Source of the DNA: Selaginella moellendorffii
Taxonomy: Eukaryota > Plantae > Lycopodiophyta
Length of the DNA: 64,000 bases
NCBI RefSeq assembly: GCF_000143415.4
Contig: NW_003314263.1
Span: 3,313,746-3,377,745 of the forward strand
Direction of reading: 5' to 3'
Shown here: one piece after another, positions 12,051 through 23,804 of the stretch
Position numbering within the stretch: the first letter of the stretch is position 1
Layout of the letters: each line of letters starts with the position of its first letter
Notes under the pieces: model-generated
What the model was told of the DNA's origin: nothing
Seen by the model: the letters and a program-made list of their open reading frames with translations, nothing else
Database searches by the model: none
Made by a program: the position numbers and the translations under genes

Positions 12051-12527
12051 ATGGATGTTAGGGATGGCGATGGCGATGGCGATCGCGGCGACGGTGAAGG
12101 AGAGGCCTGTCCAATCTGTTCCAGCGGCATCTCGGACGTCCACACGGACTGCGGCCACTGGTTTTGTCTAGAGTGCTTGGTGGAATGGGTGGAGAGCGCG
12201 CCATCGATCAGGTCATGCTCCACGGCCAGTACCGAATGGACTTGCCCGCTGTGCCGCCACGCGCTCGAGGCATTCGATTTCGATGAGCGATGGAGCGATG
12301 GCACCGACCGCGAGGAGCTCCGGCAGCGATTACGCGACTACCAGCAGGAAATATCCGAGCGTAAGCGCGACCGCGACCGCCGACGAACCCGACGACGATT
12401 ACGACGATCCCGACGACGATCCGCTGTTGTGGAGGACGAGAACGATGCGGATTGCTACCCGTGCTTGTTGTTCATCAGCGCGCTCCTCCTCTGGTTTCTT
12501 CTCATTGCGACAGGAATTCTAGGCTAG
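12051..12527 (+). CDS. C3HC4 RING-finger E3 ligase with C-terminal TM anchor, RNF170-like (158 aa from ATG 12051)
   Basis: CPIC-x9-CGHWFCLEC...CPLCR, then LRDYQQEIS, an Arg-rich stretch and a hydrophobic tail. TATA-like catataag at ~12004. Confidence 0.8.
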   Translation: MDVRDGDGDGDRGDGEGEACPICSSGISDVHTDCGHWFCLECLVEWVESAPSIRSCSTASTEWTCPLCRHALEAFDFDERWSDGTDREELRQRLRDYQQEISERKRDRDRRRTRRRLRRSRRRSAVVEDENDADCYPCLLFISALLLWFLLIATGILG

Positions 12528-12889
12528 AAAGGGAGCGACTTGGAGCGAATTCCCAGCCAGAGGGAGGGGATTTGGAGTCGCTGGGAGCTGCGCTCTCTTC
12601 GATCTCCTGGGATTTTGGAGTGGCGATGTTCAAAGCTTCGATCTTTTGGCAGAGGGAAGAGGTAGCGCAATGTAAGTACTCTCTCGTTTATTCGTTTGAT
12701 CGTTTTCATCGGCTAGCTCTCACTGTTTTTCTTTTTGCCTCTTTCTCGCAGAGTTACGAGTAGAAGAAAGAAGAATATTCCCCATCATCCACTTTTTGTA
12801 TTAAAGCGTAACAATTTTAAGCTTTAGCTAATCTTGTTTAGCGGGGGAGCAAAGAATATGCTTGCATTATCCATTTTCTTAGGCGGGAA

Positions 12890-13890
12890 TGGAAATTTAG
12901 GGTTCCAGGCCATGGCGAGGCTGAGCAGTGGCGCCCAGTTCGCTGAAGGTATGCCGCAATCTCCTCTACTCCTCTCTTATCTCGGATTGGACTAGGGACT
13001 GCCGCCGCTACAGCGCCAGGCGATTTCCATCGAGAGCGCGGTGCTTGGCAGGATTCTTTGGTCTAAATGGTGCTGCTCAAGAGCAACGATTTCCGCTGGA
13101 ATTTCTCAACGAAAATGTGTCCGGGGTCATAGCATTTGCTCGCTGGGGTCTATCCAACTAATATTCTTCCAGGTGGGAATATAGAGTATAAAGTTCGTGA
13201 ATTTCATTTCTTTCTAGCTGACATTGGACTGTTTCAATCAGCGACGTGAATGGGACTAGTGTCGAACGATTAGCATCGAAATATGCAGGTAGATATCTTG
13301 GTCTTCACTTGATATCTCACAGGGCGTCCTAAACAAGCCAAGTTGTGTCAATTCCTACGATTTCCTGAAATTCCTGCGAACTTTCCAGGTTTGTCTATGC
13401 GTAACTTGTGTGTCATAGCAAATCGTAATCTAGTTTCTTTCGACGTGGTCTCCTACAGTTATAGATGCGAAGACTGGGAAGCTGTCCATATACCCAACCA
13501 CAAGTTCAAGACGAGCGTTGTCCGCAATTTAGAAAACTCGCACAATTATTTGGATGCGAGCAAGATCAACGTAAGATAACGTGAATTGATTATCCGTCTC
13601 TAAACACGTAGCCGTCGTTTCAGCTCATTGTCGCAGACATGAGAAAAGTTCTTGCCTATCATCCATAAGTGGAGCACGGACGATTGCATCGAGGAAATTA
13701 TTCTTCTTGCTCGAAGTCCACAATGCCCGACTTGCCACTCCTATTCGCTCTGTATACAACGAAGCAGAAACTCGCCAGGCGAACTTGTCCAACAAAGACG
13801 GCAGGCTGTTGCTCCTCGGAGTCTGGAAATGTTTCGATTCCATGGGAGTTGATGTTAAAGACATGAGCTTCCTATGGAAAAACCTCTAGC
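12890..13890 (+). pseudogene. Second internally deleted, intron-retaining MSL2/3 copy (inverted relative to 11155-11905)
   Basis: aaatttagggttcc matches the MSL 5' flank. Exon remnants include [43 protein letters not shown] and [11 protein letters not shown]. Confidence 0.85.
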
Positions 13891-14324
13891 AAAGATCTGG
13901 CAGTTTTTCTTTTCTGAATTTGTTGCTTTGTTTGTATTTGTTTGTATACATCCAAGAGCATTCATTTAGTTTATATTCCATCAACAATTGAGGTGAAATT
14001 CGAAAGACCACCACATCTTATCTTCTCCATCTCAGCCTTCCATAGCATCATCACTTCCCTGTTTCCCGTTTGAAGATCTTTCTCCAGCTCCAGTGGTGTG
14101 ATTGTCGCATTTCTAGCACATTTACTTTCTCTCTCGGCTGAGGTTTGTTTCGAACAGGAAAGTCTCAGACACCTTTAAAGCTTCTATGCTTTCTTCTAAC
14201 GTTTCCACTCATCCTCTGAGTCTTCGAAGCGTTTCCAGCCCAGAATGGACCAAGCCATCTCAAACTCCGAACTATTGCGGGGTAAGCTCGGCGCGATCAC
14301 CTTCACGAGCTTCTTCAAGGTGGC

Positions 14325-14917
14325 CTACGACATTGTGTCGCAGCTCATAGATCCTGTGCGTGGAAACCGATGGTAGAACACGACGGCGCCCTTGAAATCA
14401 GTCACCAGCTGCAAAAACGGAAGCTTGGACGACCTCGCCAGCAGGTAGAATTCCAGCTCGCATCTGTTCAATCCCTGCCGGCTGCTCAGCTCACTGACGA
14501 CCTCGATCCCAAGAACAGTGTCGCTTCCATGCGCAAGAACGGCCGAGCTCTTGCTCCTCACCTCGACGTCCAAGTTGATAGCACGGAGAACCTCCACTTT
14601 GCTGTCGATCTCCTCCAGATCCAGCCACCGGTATGAAGACTGTGGCACACGATCTCGTGGGCCTGAGCTCGAGGGAGGTGATGATTGATGTAGAGCTCTT
14701 CTTCTTCTTGCGTGATCAAGCCCTGGTGATCGTGCTCCTTGTCGATGGCGACGACGTTTGGATCGTTCACATCCAAATGGTAGCGAAAGGTGAGCATGAA
14801 TTTGTGGCACAGCAGCGAGTCTGCGTCGATCCTACCTCTGGACAGCTTCGCCATCCAAGCCAGCTCCTTGGGCAGCTTGATGCCTTGGATGATCGCCGCA
14901 TTTTGCCGCATCTTGGC
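14325..14917 (-). pseudogene. 3' part of an unidentified ORF interrupted by the hAT element; its 5' part lies at 23805-~24030
   Basis: Removing 14918-23804 plus one TSD copy joins ...FDTIALLPNAK to MRQNAAIIQGIK... in frame. One further frameshift near 14630. Confidence 0.55.
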
Positions 14918-16177
14918 TATGGTTGGTCCCGACCACGTTCTGCTGAAATCTCGACCGCCGCCGAACGCAGTCGGACAGCTCCTTTCGGTAATTCCGTTCA
15001 GCGAAAAAAATGGTGATCGCGCTCGCAGGGGCTAGATTTCTGATGCTGCTGCAGCTATTGCCATCACCACTACATCTTCACTGCTTTGCTGTTCTCCTGC
15101 TGCTATGGAGTGATCCATCCATCCACAAATGCCCAGCCTAGCAAGCCTACATAGAATCCGACGAAGAGGGCTATTGTAAGCAACTAAATTTTCCATTCTA
15201 CTTTAGTCACTTAACCACACCTCTGACCACTTGGAGGAGTCTCATTCACAACCTCCAGAAGTCCAATCCAGGACTTGGGACTTACTAGCCCCGAGAATGG
15301 CATCCATGCCACTCAACATTTGCACTTGGTCCAAGTGCTCCACGTGTCCGATCCCATGACCGACACTCAAAGGTACCACCGACATAGCAGCCCGTTACGC
15401 TAAGGCCATGCCCAATCACCTTTGCCACACTGGTAGTCCAATACCACTTGCATCACAGTCTTGGCTCTCCAAGACTGGGCCATCTGTCCACGAGTGGTCA
15501 TCCTAGATCCACTCCTTAGCATCCTTAGGATGCCCACAAACCGGGGGAATCGCCTTCCCCAAAGTCCCTTTGTCAGTTCCTACCAAGTCCCTTTCTGCCC
15601 CTGGCCGTGTTTGCCAACACTGCCACTGGATCGAGGCCCACAGGCTCGACCACTAAGTCCCACGGTCCTCTGGGACTTCCTCACCACACGACTGTGTCCT
15701 TGGTCACTACCCCAGAGGACTGCTCCTCTTCCTTTCCACAGTCTAGGCCTTTGGGACAACATTTCGGAACACCGTGGCCTTACGCGAGCCACCTGGGTAC
15801 TCTCCCCGCCTTTCACCTTTAGGTGCTCTAGCCATGGGCTTAGAGCGAGGTTTCGTTGAGCCACGCCTGGTATCCAAGTAGGTAGTGCCACCCACACTTG
15901 GACTGGGAGCATCGGCCAGTCGATCTCCCGGGGGAACTAGAGCCGGCTCTTGAACACTTCACCAAGCTACCCTGCTTGTCGGTCCGTGTTCACTCTAGTC
16001 TTGGACTTCCCAGTGGGCAGCTCATCACCCAACACTGGGTCCGGCCTTCCTGGGCCAAACTGGCCTTTCCTGGCCAAACTGGCTCCACTGCAGTCCTCCC
16101 CCTACTATACTTTTGGAGCTCACCAAACCCCCCAGGGTCTGGGAGACGAACGCTTTGGGCTTTCACCCTCTCAGGCT

Positions 16178-16750
16178 CCGGACTCGGACTCGGACTCGGA
16201 CTCGGACTTGGACTCGGATTCGGACTCGGACTCGGGCTCGGGCTCGGTCTCGGCCTCGGCCTCGGTCTCGGTCTCGGTCCCGATCTCGGTCTCGGTCTCG
16301 GTCTCGGTCCCGGTCTCGGTCTCGACTTCGGACTCCATCTCGGACTCCATCTCGGACTCCATCTCGGACTCCATCTCGGACTCCATCTCGGGTCCATCTC
16401 GGGTCCATCTCGGACTCCATCTCGGACTCCATCTCGGGTCCATCTCGGACTCCATCTCGGACTCCATTTCGGGTCCATCTCGGGTCCACCTCGGACTCCA
16501 TCTCGGACTCCATCTCGGACTCCATCTCGGGTCCATCTCGGACTCCATTTCGGGTCCATCTCGGACTCCATCTCGGACTCCATTTCGGGTCCATCTCGGG
16601 TCCACCTTGGACTCCATCTTGGACTCCATTTCGGGTCCATCTCGGGTCCACCTCGGACTCCATCTCGAGTCCATCTCGGACTCCACTTCGGACTCCAACT
16701 CGGGTCCATCTCGGACTCCACTTCGGACTCCAACTCGAGTCCATCTCGGA
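16178..16750. repeat. LTR-internal minisatellite (6-bp CTCGGA/CTCGGT and 12-bp CTCCATCTCGGA units)
   Basis: Seen directly. Confidence 0.95.
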
Positions 16751-19700
16751 CACTTCCACGTGTCATGTGTTGGTCCTTTTGGGTCCCTTTTTGGAGCCTC
16801 GCTTTTTGCTCGCTTCGTGCTCGTTCCTCGAGCACTTCTTTGGGAGTTCCACTCCCACTCTTGACTTTTCAAGTCGGAAACGTGTTACGCTCGTTTGGCT
16901 CTCGCTTCAGCCACTACCACGTGGCACCCTTTCCGGCTCCACTTTGGGGCCTAGGGATTTTGTGTCTCACAACTCCACCACCCATAGACGAAGTTCGATG
17001 TCCTCATCGAACAGTAAACCATTTTGTAAAGTAACACTCGCATGTGTTACCATTTCCATCCTTGGCACCTAGCCAATATTTGTCAATGGTTTGACATTGA
17101 AGGCTCACCATGCCTTTTGCATATGCCTCAATGGTTTGACACCAAAGGCTCACCATGCCTTGCCTATCCTCTAAGGAGGGTAGTCTCCCCAACTTAGAGA
17201 CTGATTGGACCACATGTAGTGGTTCTCTCCTTTTATTGGTTTAGTTCTCGCTAAACCTCTTAGAGACCCTTCTCTAAGTCAATCCCACTTACTCCTTCTT
17301 GAGTAGTCTTAATTTCCTTCTATTGAATGTTTGCACCTTGGAACTTTTACTCTTTTGACTTTTGGAAGTCAATTTCCTAGGTGTCTCCAACACCTTGCAT
17401 TGCACAGATCGTGCGACTCCACTTCCCTATCTTAGGAAGTTCGTTACTTGAGGGCACCATCATCCTCTCTTCTATTTCGTGCCATCTTAGGCACTAAGTT
17501 CCATTTATCACACTTTGTGCTAGGGTTGTCCATCGCCCTATCATTTGGCTACCTTACCACTCCCTCCCTTGGAGCTTCCACTTTCGTCAAATCGGAGCAA
17601 TTCGGAATCCATCCCTGGAAACACACTTCCTTTCCCGCAATTTGTTAGTGTCCAACACATTAGTGTTCCTCGCCTAACTTTGTCACTTGGATTCCTTCCC
17701 AGGGATTCCACGGCCCTATCTTGGCCACTCATCTTTTGCTCCTATCCGTTGATTGTTGCACCAAGCAACATCGAATCTCTACCTCCCTCCTTGAGGTATT
17801 CTTTTGATTCCATAGCAAAGGCTCTACTTTGCCAAGACTAGAGTGTTCACCCCTAGTAAGTCTCTTTTAGCATCTTCTGCTGTGGGCTCTATCCTCGACC
17901 CAACTTTGTGACCCTCTCATGGGTCTCTTTAGAGATTACTTTCCTTGGACACACTATGCCATCGCAATGACATAGCTCATTTCCCTAAGGTGCTTTTCCC
18001 ACTTGGTCACTTTGACCAAGCCACACCATCATCAATAGTTCAAATCAACACTTTGAACTAGGAACCTTATTCCTTAACCCAAACAAGGACCTTGTCCTTA
18101 TTTAGCCACAAGATCACCTAGTGATCTCACCTTGGCACCTTAACAAGTTTGCCAATAGGTGCTAGGTCTTCCAGACCTTTAACTTGTTAACTACGACCCC
18201 GGGGGCATCCCCCACACTTGGCGGTGCGCCCAAGCCAGCCCTTCCGGCCAAGGGTTCATAGCAACTGAGATTAGGTGTCCCCATCTCACTCACCACGACC
18301 TTGGTGCCACTTGCACCAAAGCGTTCAAGTTAGATATGCCGAGCTTTCACACTAAGCAATCTAACCGTGCATCACGACTCCGAGGCATCCTTCGCTTGGC
18401 GGTGTGCCCAAACCAGTCTCCCCACTGAGAGTCCATGACCACCGAAATATGAGTGTCCTCATATTCCAAACCATCACCACGCCCTAGTGATTTGGGACTC
18501 GAACCCAAGCACTAGAGGGTCGGGACTCGAACCCAACCTCCGTATATGCATCTACGGACGGCATCACACTAGATGCCTGGTGTGACTCCCCACGCCGGTG
18601 CACCAACCTATTTTTAAAGCGCGCTATAGATCACAGCTTAGGAACCTAGTTCCTCCACATTGCCAAGTCCTCTCACTTGACATGTCTGTGATCATGCATG
18701 GACTCCTCCATGCTTGGCCCCATGGCCCACCCTTTTTGAAGTTATCACCTCAACTAGGGTATTTGTTCCCCCGACGTGCCAATCTTGCTTGGCAAGTCCT
18801 CCGACCACTGTAACATGGTTCCTGCATAAGCGTGAAAGTCCTTGACCATCGACTTTCGTTCAAAGCCCTCTCTTTGAACACTCGGGAACTACTTCCCTAA
18901 CCTTGATAGCCTTGCCTCATGGCAAGCTTCAAGACCACGCTTCTGCTGCGCCACTCTGATTTCGCGCATTCCATGAACCATTTACACTTGGCCTTTCTAG
19001 GTACTACGCTACCTAGAATCGTCTTTGGGAACCTTGAAGGAACTCTGTCCCTCAGCTTGCTAAGGCCTCCCCTTTCGCAAGCTTTATAGTTGCCATATAG
19101 TCTAACATGGACAATTCCATATTTTAGACTCTCCATGGCATCACGGTTGCTAGCAACAACATCCTCGAGCACCCTCTTGATTCTCCACTCCCAACTTTCA
19201 TAACCACTGTTGGATATGCCCTTTGATTTCTATGGTTCAGTTCCATCCCAATACTACTTGCCTTTGGCTTCACACCTTTCCTTCGGTCATTCTCCTCCAG
19301 ACCAGGAGGATAGCTTTGCACTTTCTATCATGCCTTAGCAAGTATTCTTAGGGATGAACCTACCCAATAGCCCAGGGAGTGGTTCCTCAATCCGGGTATG
19401 CTCAGCTTATAATCCCACACACTAGGATTACATTGTTGCTTATGGGCCTTTACATGCCCATCACTAGCCTTGCCAAAATTCCATTTTTGGCTTTGTCCAA
19501 CTTGGGTAGACAGTCCTCTCCTGTCTCCGCAACCTTGGACATTTGGATAGCACCTTCTATCCATCATTCGCTAGGGACTTAGTCCCTTGGGCTTTATCCA
19601 TTGCCCTCGCGACATCAAACACCACCTTCTAGTGTTCTAGAGTGTCCGGGTGTCCCAATGATGGCTTTCTTGACAATGAGTATTTCCTTTTATGACATTG

Positions 19701-22083
19701 ACTTACTATATCGCAACACAAGCAACTTATCCCCCGTAAGGGTATATCCAACTTCCTTATGCTACTAAGAAGTCTTGGGTAGCTACCTTCTACCCGTTTA
19801 ACCAGTTATTTTGCACCTCTTGCTTAGTTGCCTCATAGTTGTCAAGTCCTACAACTCATTGCTTGGTGCTTTCACACCTCCATCATTATTTGGGTCACCA
19901 CACTCCAACTGCATGCTCTGCAGCTTAGGCTATGCCATTCCCATTTCCGTTGGGATTCCTTTGGCAAGGGGTTCTCATGAACCCACCAACATAGCCTCAA
20001 GTTATCACACCTCGGCACATTTGGTGTCTCCACATCATCGGCTCCACGAGCCTACCTCTATGACATTTCCCCTTCGTGTCTAAGTCTTTGCCAAGACCAA
20101 CACCGCTCTTTCTCATGCCAACCATCTGTTAGCACTGCCCCATAGAGGTCACACACAACTTTATGTCAAAGTTGTTTTCTTCTGGGAACACCTTTCCCAT
20201 AACTTTAGCATGGCATATTTTGCCATCGATGAGATACCCTCTGTTCTCATCCTTGGATCTTATGATCCCCCCCCCATCCTTTGTGGGGTACAACACACCT
20301 CAGTCCAAATGCTTCCATCAGTCCTTTTAGAACCATCCCTTGACTCTACTTGAGTCATCCAGCAGTTTTGGACTTGGTTGATCCACAGACCCGTAAGGTC
20401 CTACTTGTGAGGCACTAGCTCACTGGAATACACTTCTTGCATTCCTGTCCTACTCAAAAGGGCTATTTTCACAAGTGTTACTCCGACACTTGATTTTGTT
20501 CTCTGGGGGCAACTTTTGCCCCTTAGGACTACTTGTCCATGCGATGGGAATACCACTCATCTCTAAGTACACCCCCCAACTCCTTGGGTTGTTCCAGCAT
20601 TTATTAAAGGTAGCCCCGGCTACCATTTCAAGGACTTGAGTCCTCTCCCGTATTTGACCTTCCACGGTCATTACCTTTGGTCTCACATTCATGAGCACCA
20701 ACCTCAACTATATGAGGATAATCTTGTGACTCCTTTATTGTTTTGGAGTCTCTATCTTTCCCGTGATCCCAACTTTAGTTGTTTACCACAACAACCTTAG
20801 CCAATTTGCTGAGACAAATGCTCATCCGGATCACATCCTCAACTCAATGAGGAAAACCTTGCACTGTTCCCAAGATCCCAAAGTCGTTCCATTATTGGCC
20901 CTTTTCTATCCACCACCTCGTCTACAAGTTCACACATGAACTGTAATGGAGAGCCATGTCTTCCCGACTTGCTACTCCTCAAGGATAGGCCCACTCCTCG
21001 GACCTTCCGATGCCAACACTAGTGGTGATATATTTGAGCACCAATAAAAGTCGGACTAAGGAACAGCTCCGATACCAAATTGTAAGCAACTAAATTTTCC
21101 ATTCTACTTTAGTCACTTAACCACACCTCTGACCACTTGGAGGAGTCTCATTCACAACCTCCATAAGTCCAATCCAGGACTTGGGACTTGCTAGCCCCGA
21201 GAATGGCATCTATGCCACTCAACATTTGCACTTGGTCCAAGTGCTCCACGTGTCCGATCCCATGACCGACACTCAAAGGTACCACCGACATAGCAGCCCG
21301 TTACGCTAAGGCCATGCCCAATCACCTTTGCCACACTGGTAGTCCAATACCACTTGCATCACAGTCTTGGCTCTCCAAGACTGGGCCATTTGTCCACGAG
21401 TGGTCATCCTAGATCCACTCCTTAGCATCCTTAGGATGCCCACAAACCGGGGGAATCGCCTTCCCCAAAGTCCCTTTGTCAGTTCCTACCAAGTCCCTTT
21501 CTGCCCCTGGCCGTGTTTGCCAACACTGCCACTGGATCGAGGCCCACAAGCCCGACCACTAAGTCCCACGGTCCTCTGGGACTTCCTCACCACACGACTG
21601 TGTCCTTGGTCACTACCCCAGAGGACTGCTCCTCTTCCTTTCCACAGTCTAGGCCTTTGGGACAACATTTCGGAACACCGTGGCCTTACGCGAGCCACCT
21701 GGGTACTCTCCCCGCCTTTCACCTTTAGGTGCTCTAGCCATGGGCTTAGAGCGAGGTTTCGTTGAGCCACGCCTGGTATCCAAGTAGGTAGTGCCACCCA
21801 CACTTGGACTGGGAGCATCGGCCAGTCGATCTCCCGGGGGAACTAGAGCCGGCTCTTGAACACTTCACCAAGCTACCCTGCTTGTCGGTCCGTGTTCACT
21901 CTAGTCTTGGACTTCCCAGTGGGCAGCTCATCACCCAACACTGGGTCCGGCCTTCCTGGGCCAAACTGGCCTTTCCTGGCCAAACTGGCTCCACTGCAGT
22001 CCTCCCCCTACTATACTTTTGGAGCTCACCAAACCCCCCAGGGTCTGGGAGACGAACGCTTTGGGCTTTCACCCTCTCAGGCT

Positions 22084-22581
22084 CCGGACTCGGACTCGGA
22101 CTCGGACTCGGATTCGGACTCGGACTCGGGCTCGGGCTCGGTCTCGGCCTCGGCCTCGGTCTCAGCCTCGGCCTCGGTCTCGGTCTCGGTCCCGATCTCG
22201 GTCTCGGTCTCGGTCTCGGTCCCGGTCTCGGTCCCGGTCTCGGTCTCGACTTCGGACTCCATCTCGGACTCCATCTCGGACTCCATCTCGGACTCCATCT
22301 CGGGTCCATCTCGGGTCCATCTCGGACTCCATCTCGGACTCCATCTCGGACTCCATCTCGGGTCCATCTCGGACTCCATTTCGGGTCCATCTCGGACTCC
22401 ATCTCGGACTCCATTTCGGGTCCATCTCGGGTCCACCTCGGACTCCATCTTGGACTCCATTTCGGGTCCATCTCGGGTCCACCTCGGACTCCATCTCGAG
22501 TCCATCTCGGACTCCACTTCGGACTCCAACTCGGGTCCATCTCAGACTCCACTTCAGACTCCAACTCGAGTCCATCTCGGA
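22084..22581. repeat. Same minisatellite in the other LTR, with different unit counts
   Basis: Seen directly. Confidence 0.95.
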
Positions 22582-23332
22582 CACTTCCACGTGTCATGTG
22601 TTGGTCCTTTTGGGTCCCTTTTTGGAGCCTCGCTTTTTGCTCGCTTCGTGCTCGTTCCTCAAGCACTTCTTTGGGAGTTCCACTCCCACTCTTGACTTTT
22701 CAAGTCGGAGCTTTTGGTCCAAACGTGTTACGCTCGTTTGGCTCTCACTTCAGCCACTACCACGTGGCACCCTTTCCGGCTCCACTTTGGGGCCCAGGGA
22801 TTTTGTGTCTCACAGCTATAGCCTATAGGAGCTGCGTGTGTACCGAGCTCTACAGGGCAACACTCTCCAGTCGGTCGGCCTCTGCTTTCGATTGAGCGTG
22901 GAGCAGTTCACTGGGGCCTCACAAATTGCTTAGTCCGCGACGCTTGAAATTTTTGCCATAAAATGGAAATTACGATTCCAGTGATTTCAGAGATTTGATT
23001 CTAGCAATTCTAGCAATTCTGGCACAATTGAGCAATGGTGCCTAATTGGGCATGGTCCCATGTTACCAAGCTCACTCCTTATGCTTCCGGCAAAAAAGCT
23101 GGGTGTTGGAAATGTAATTATTGTGGAAAAATGTATGGTAGTCTGCCAAAATGAATCAAGGTGCATTTCACTAAAATTTTTAGGTATGATATTGAAGTAT
23201 GTAATGTTTTAAATGTTCCTCTTCATGTTCAGAACTAAGTTTGCCGAATGTTTGTGGAGCAAATCACAAATGCCCTTTTGTCTTTACCTTCTATAGCAAA
23301 TCTATAGAGTAAGCATTTTGATGGGGCATCTG

Positions 23333-23804
23333 TTTTTGGAACTGGTACACAAAATATTAATCAATCTTAGTCTATAAGTGCTTCTATAGGCCATGAGGGA
23401 TCATCTGCTTTGGTTTTCCTACTTTTATTAATGTAATTTTATTAGAAATGTTTTTTTTTATCAAAAATTTTTTGTGAACCGTTCGGCCATTCAGCATTTT
23501 CACAGCCGGTCAATAACTACGGTCAGCCGGTCGGCCAGTCGGCGGTCAGAACAGTCAGGACCAACCATGTTTGGAGCTGGTACACAAAGTGTTAATCAAT
23601 CTCAGCCTATGAGTGCTTCTATAGGCTATGAGGGATCATCTGCTTTGGTTTTTCTACTTTTATTAATATAGTTTTATTAAAAATGTTTTTTTTTATCAAA
23701 AATTTTTTGTGAACTGTTCAGCCGTTCGACATTTTCACAGCCGGTCGATAACCACAGTCAGCCGATCAGCCGGTTTGCGTTCAGAATGGTCGGGACCAAC
23801 CATG
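23333..23804 (+). repeat. Tandem duplication (~235 bp x2) of the hAT right end including the TIR
   Basis: Units 23333-23569 and 23570-23804 each end in GGACCAACCATG. Confidence 0.85.

Larger units (their letters stand above)
15175..22814 (-). mobile_element. Non-autonomous Ty3/gypsy-derived LTR element 1 (LTRs 15175-16971 and 21081-22814)
   Basis: Near-identical TG...CA LTRs and 5-bp TSD GCTAT. tRNA-iMet PBS (tggtatcggagc, minus strand, ~21066-21077) and PPT tctatgggtggtggagt next to 16972. The internal region lacks long ORFs. Confidence 0.93.
14918..23804 (+). mobile_element. Non-autonomous hAT DNA transposon derivative (~1.2 kb of own sequence) carrying a nested LTR element
   Basis: TIRs tATGGTTGGTCCCGACCA (14918) and TGGTCGGGACCAACCATG (ends 23804). 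8-bp TSD ATCTTGGC at 14910-14917 and 23805-23812. BED zinc-finger remnant WAWSHVTK...WKCNYCGKMYG...IKVHF...DIEVC at ~23045-23202. Confidence 0.9.

Noticed and set aside
16178-16750. Possible CRISPR-like array
   Set aside because: Contiguous tandem units without unique spacers, in a eukaryotic LTR context.
15898-17072. Long overlapping RS-, SD- and GL-rich ORFs (also 21804-22895)
   Set aside because: By-products of a stop-free 6/12-bp minisatellite in the LTRs, with no evidence of protein coding.
18490-18540. tRNA gene
   Set aside because: Only T-arm-like hairpins are present. I found no acceptor, D or anticodon arms, so it is reported as a structured motif instead.
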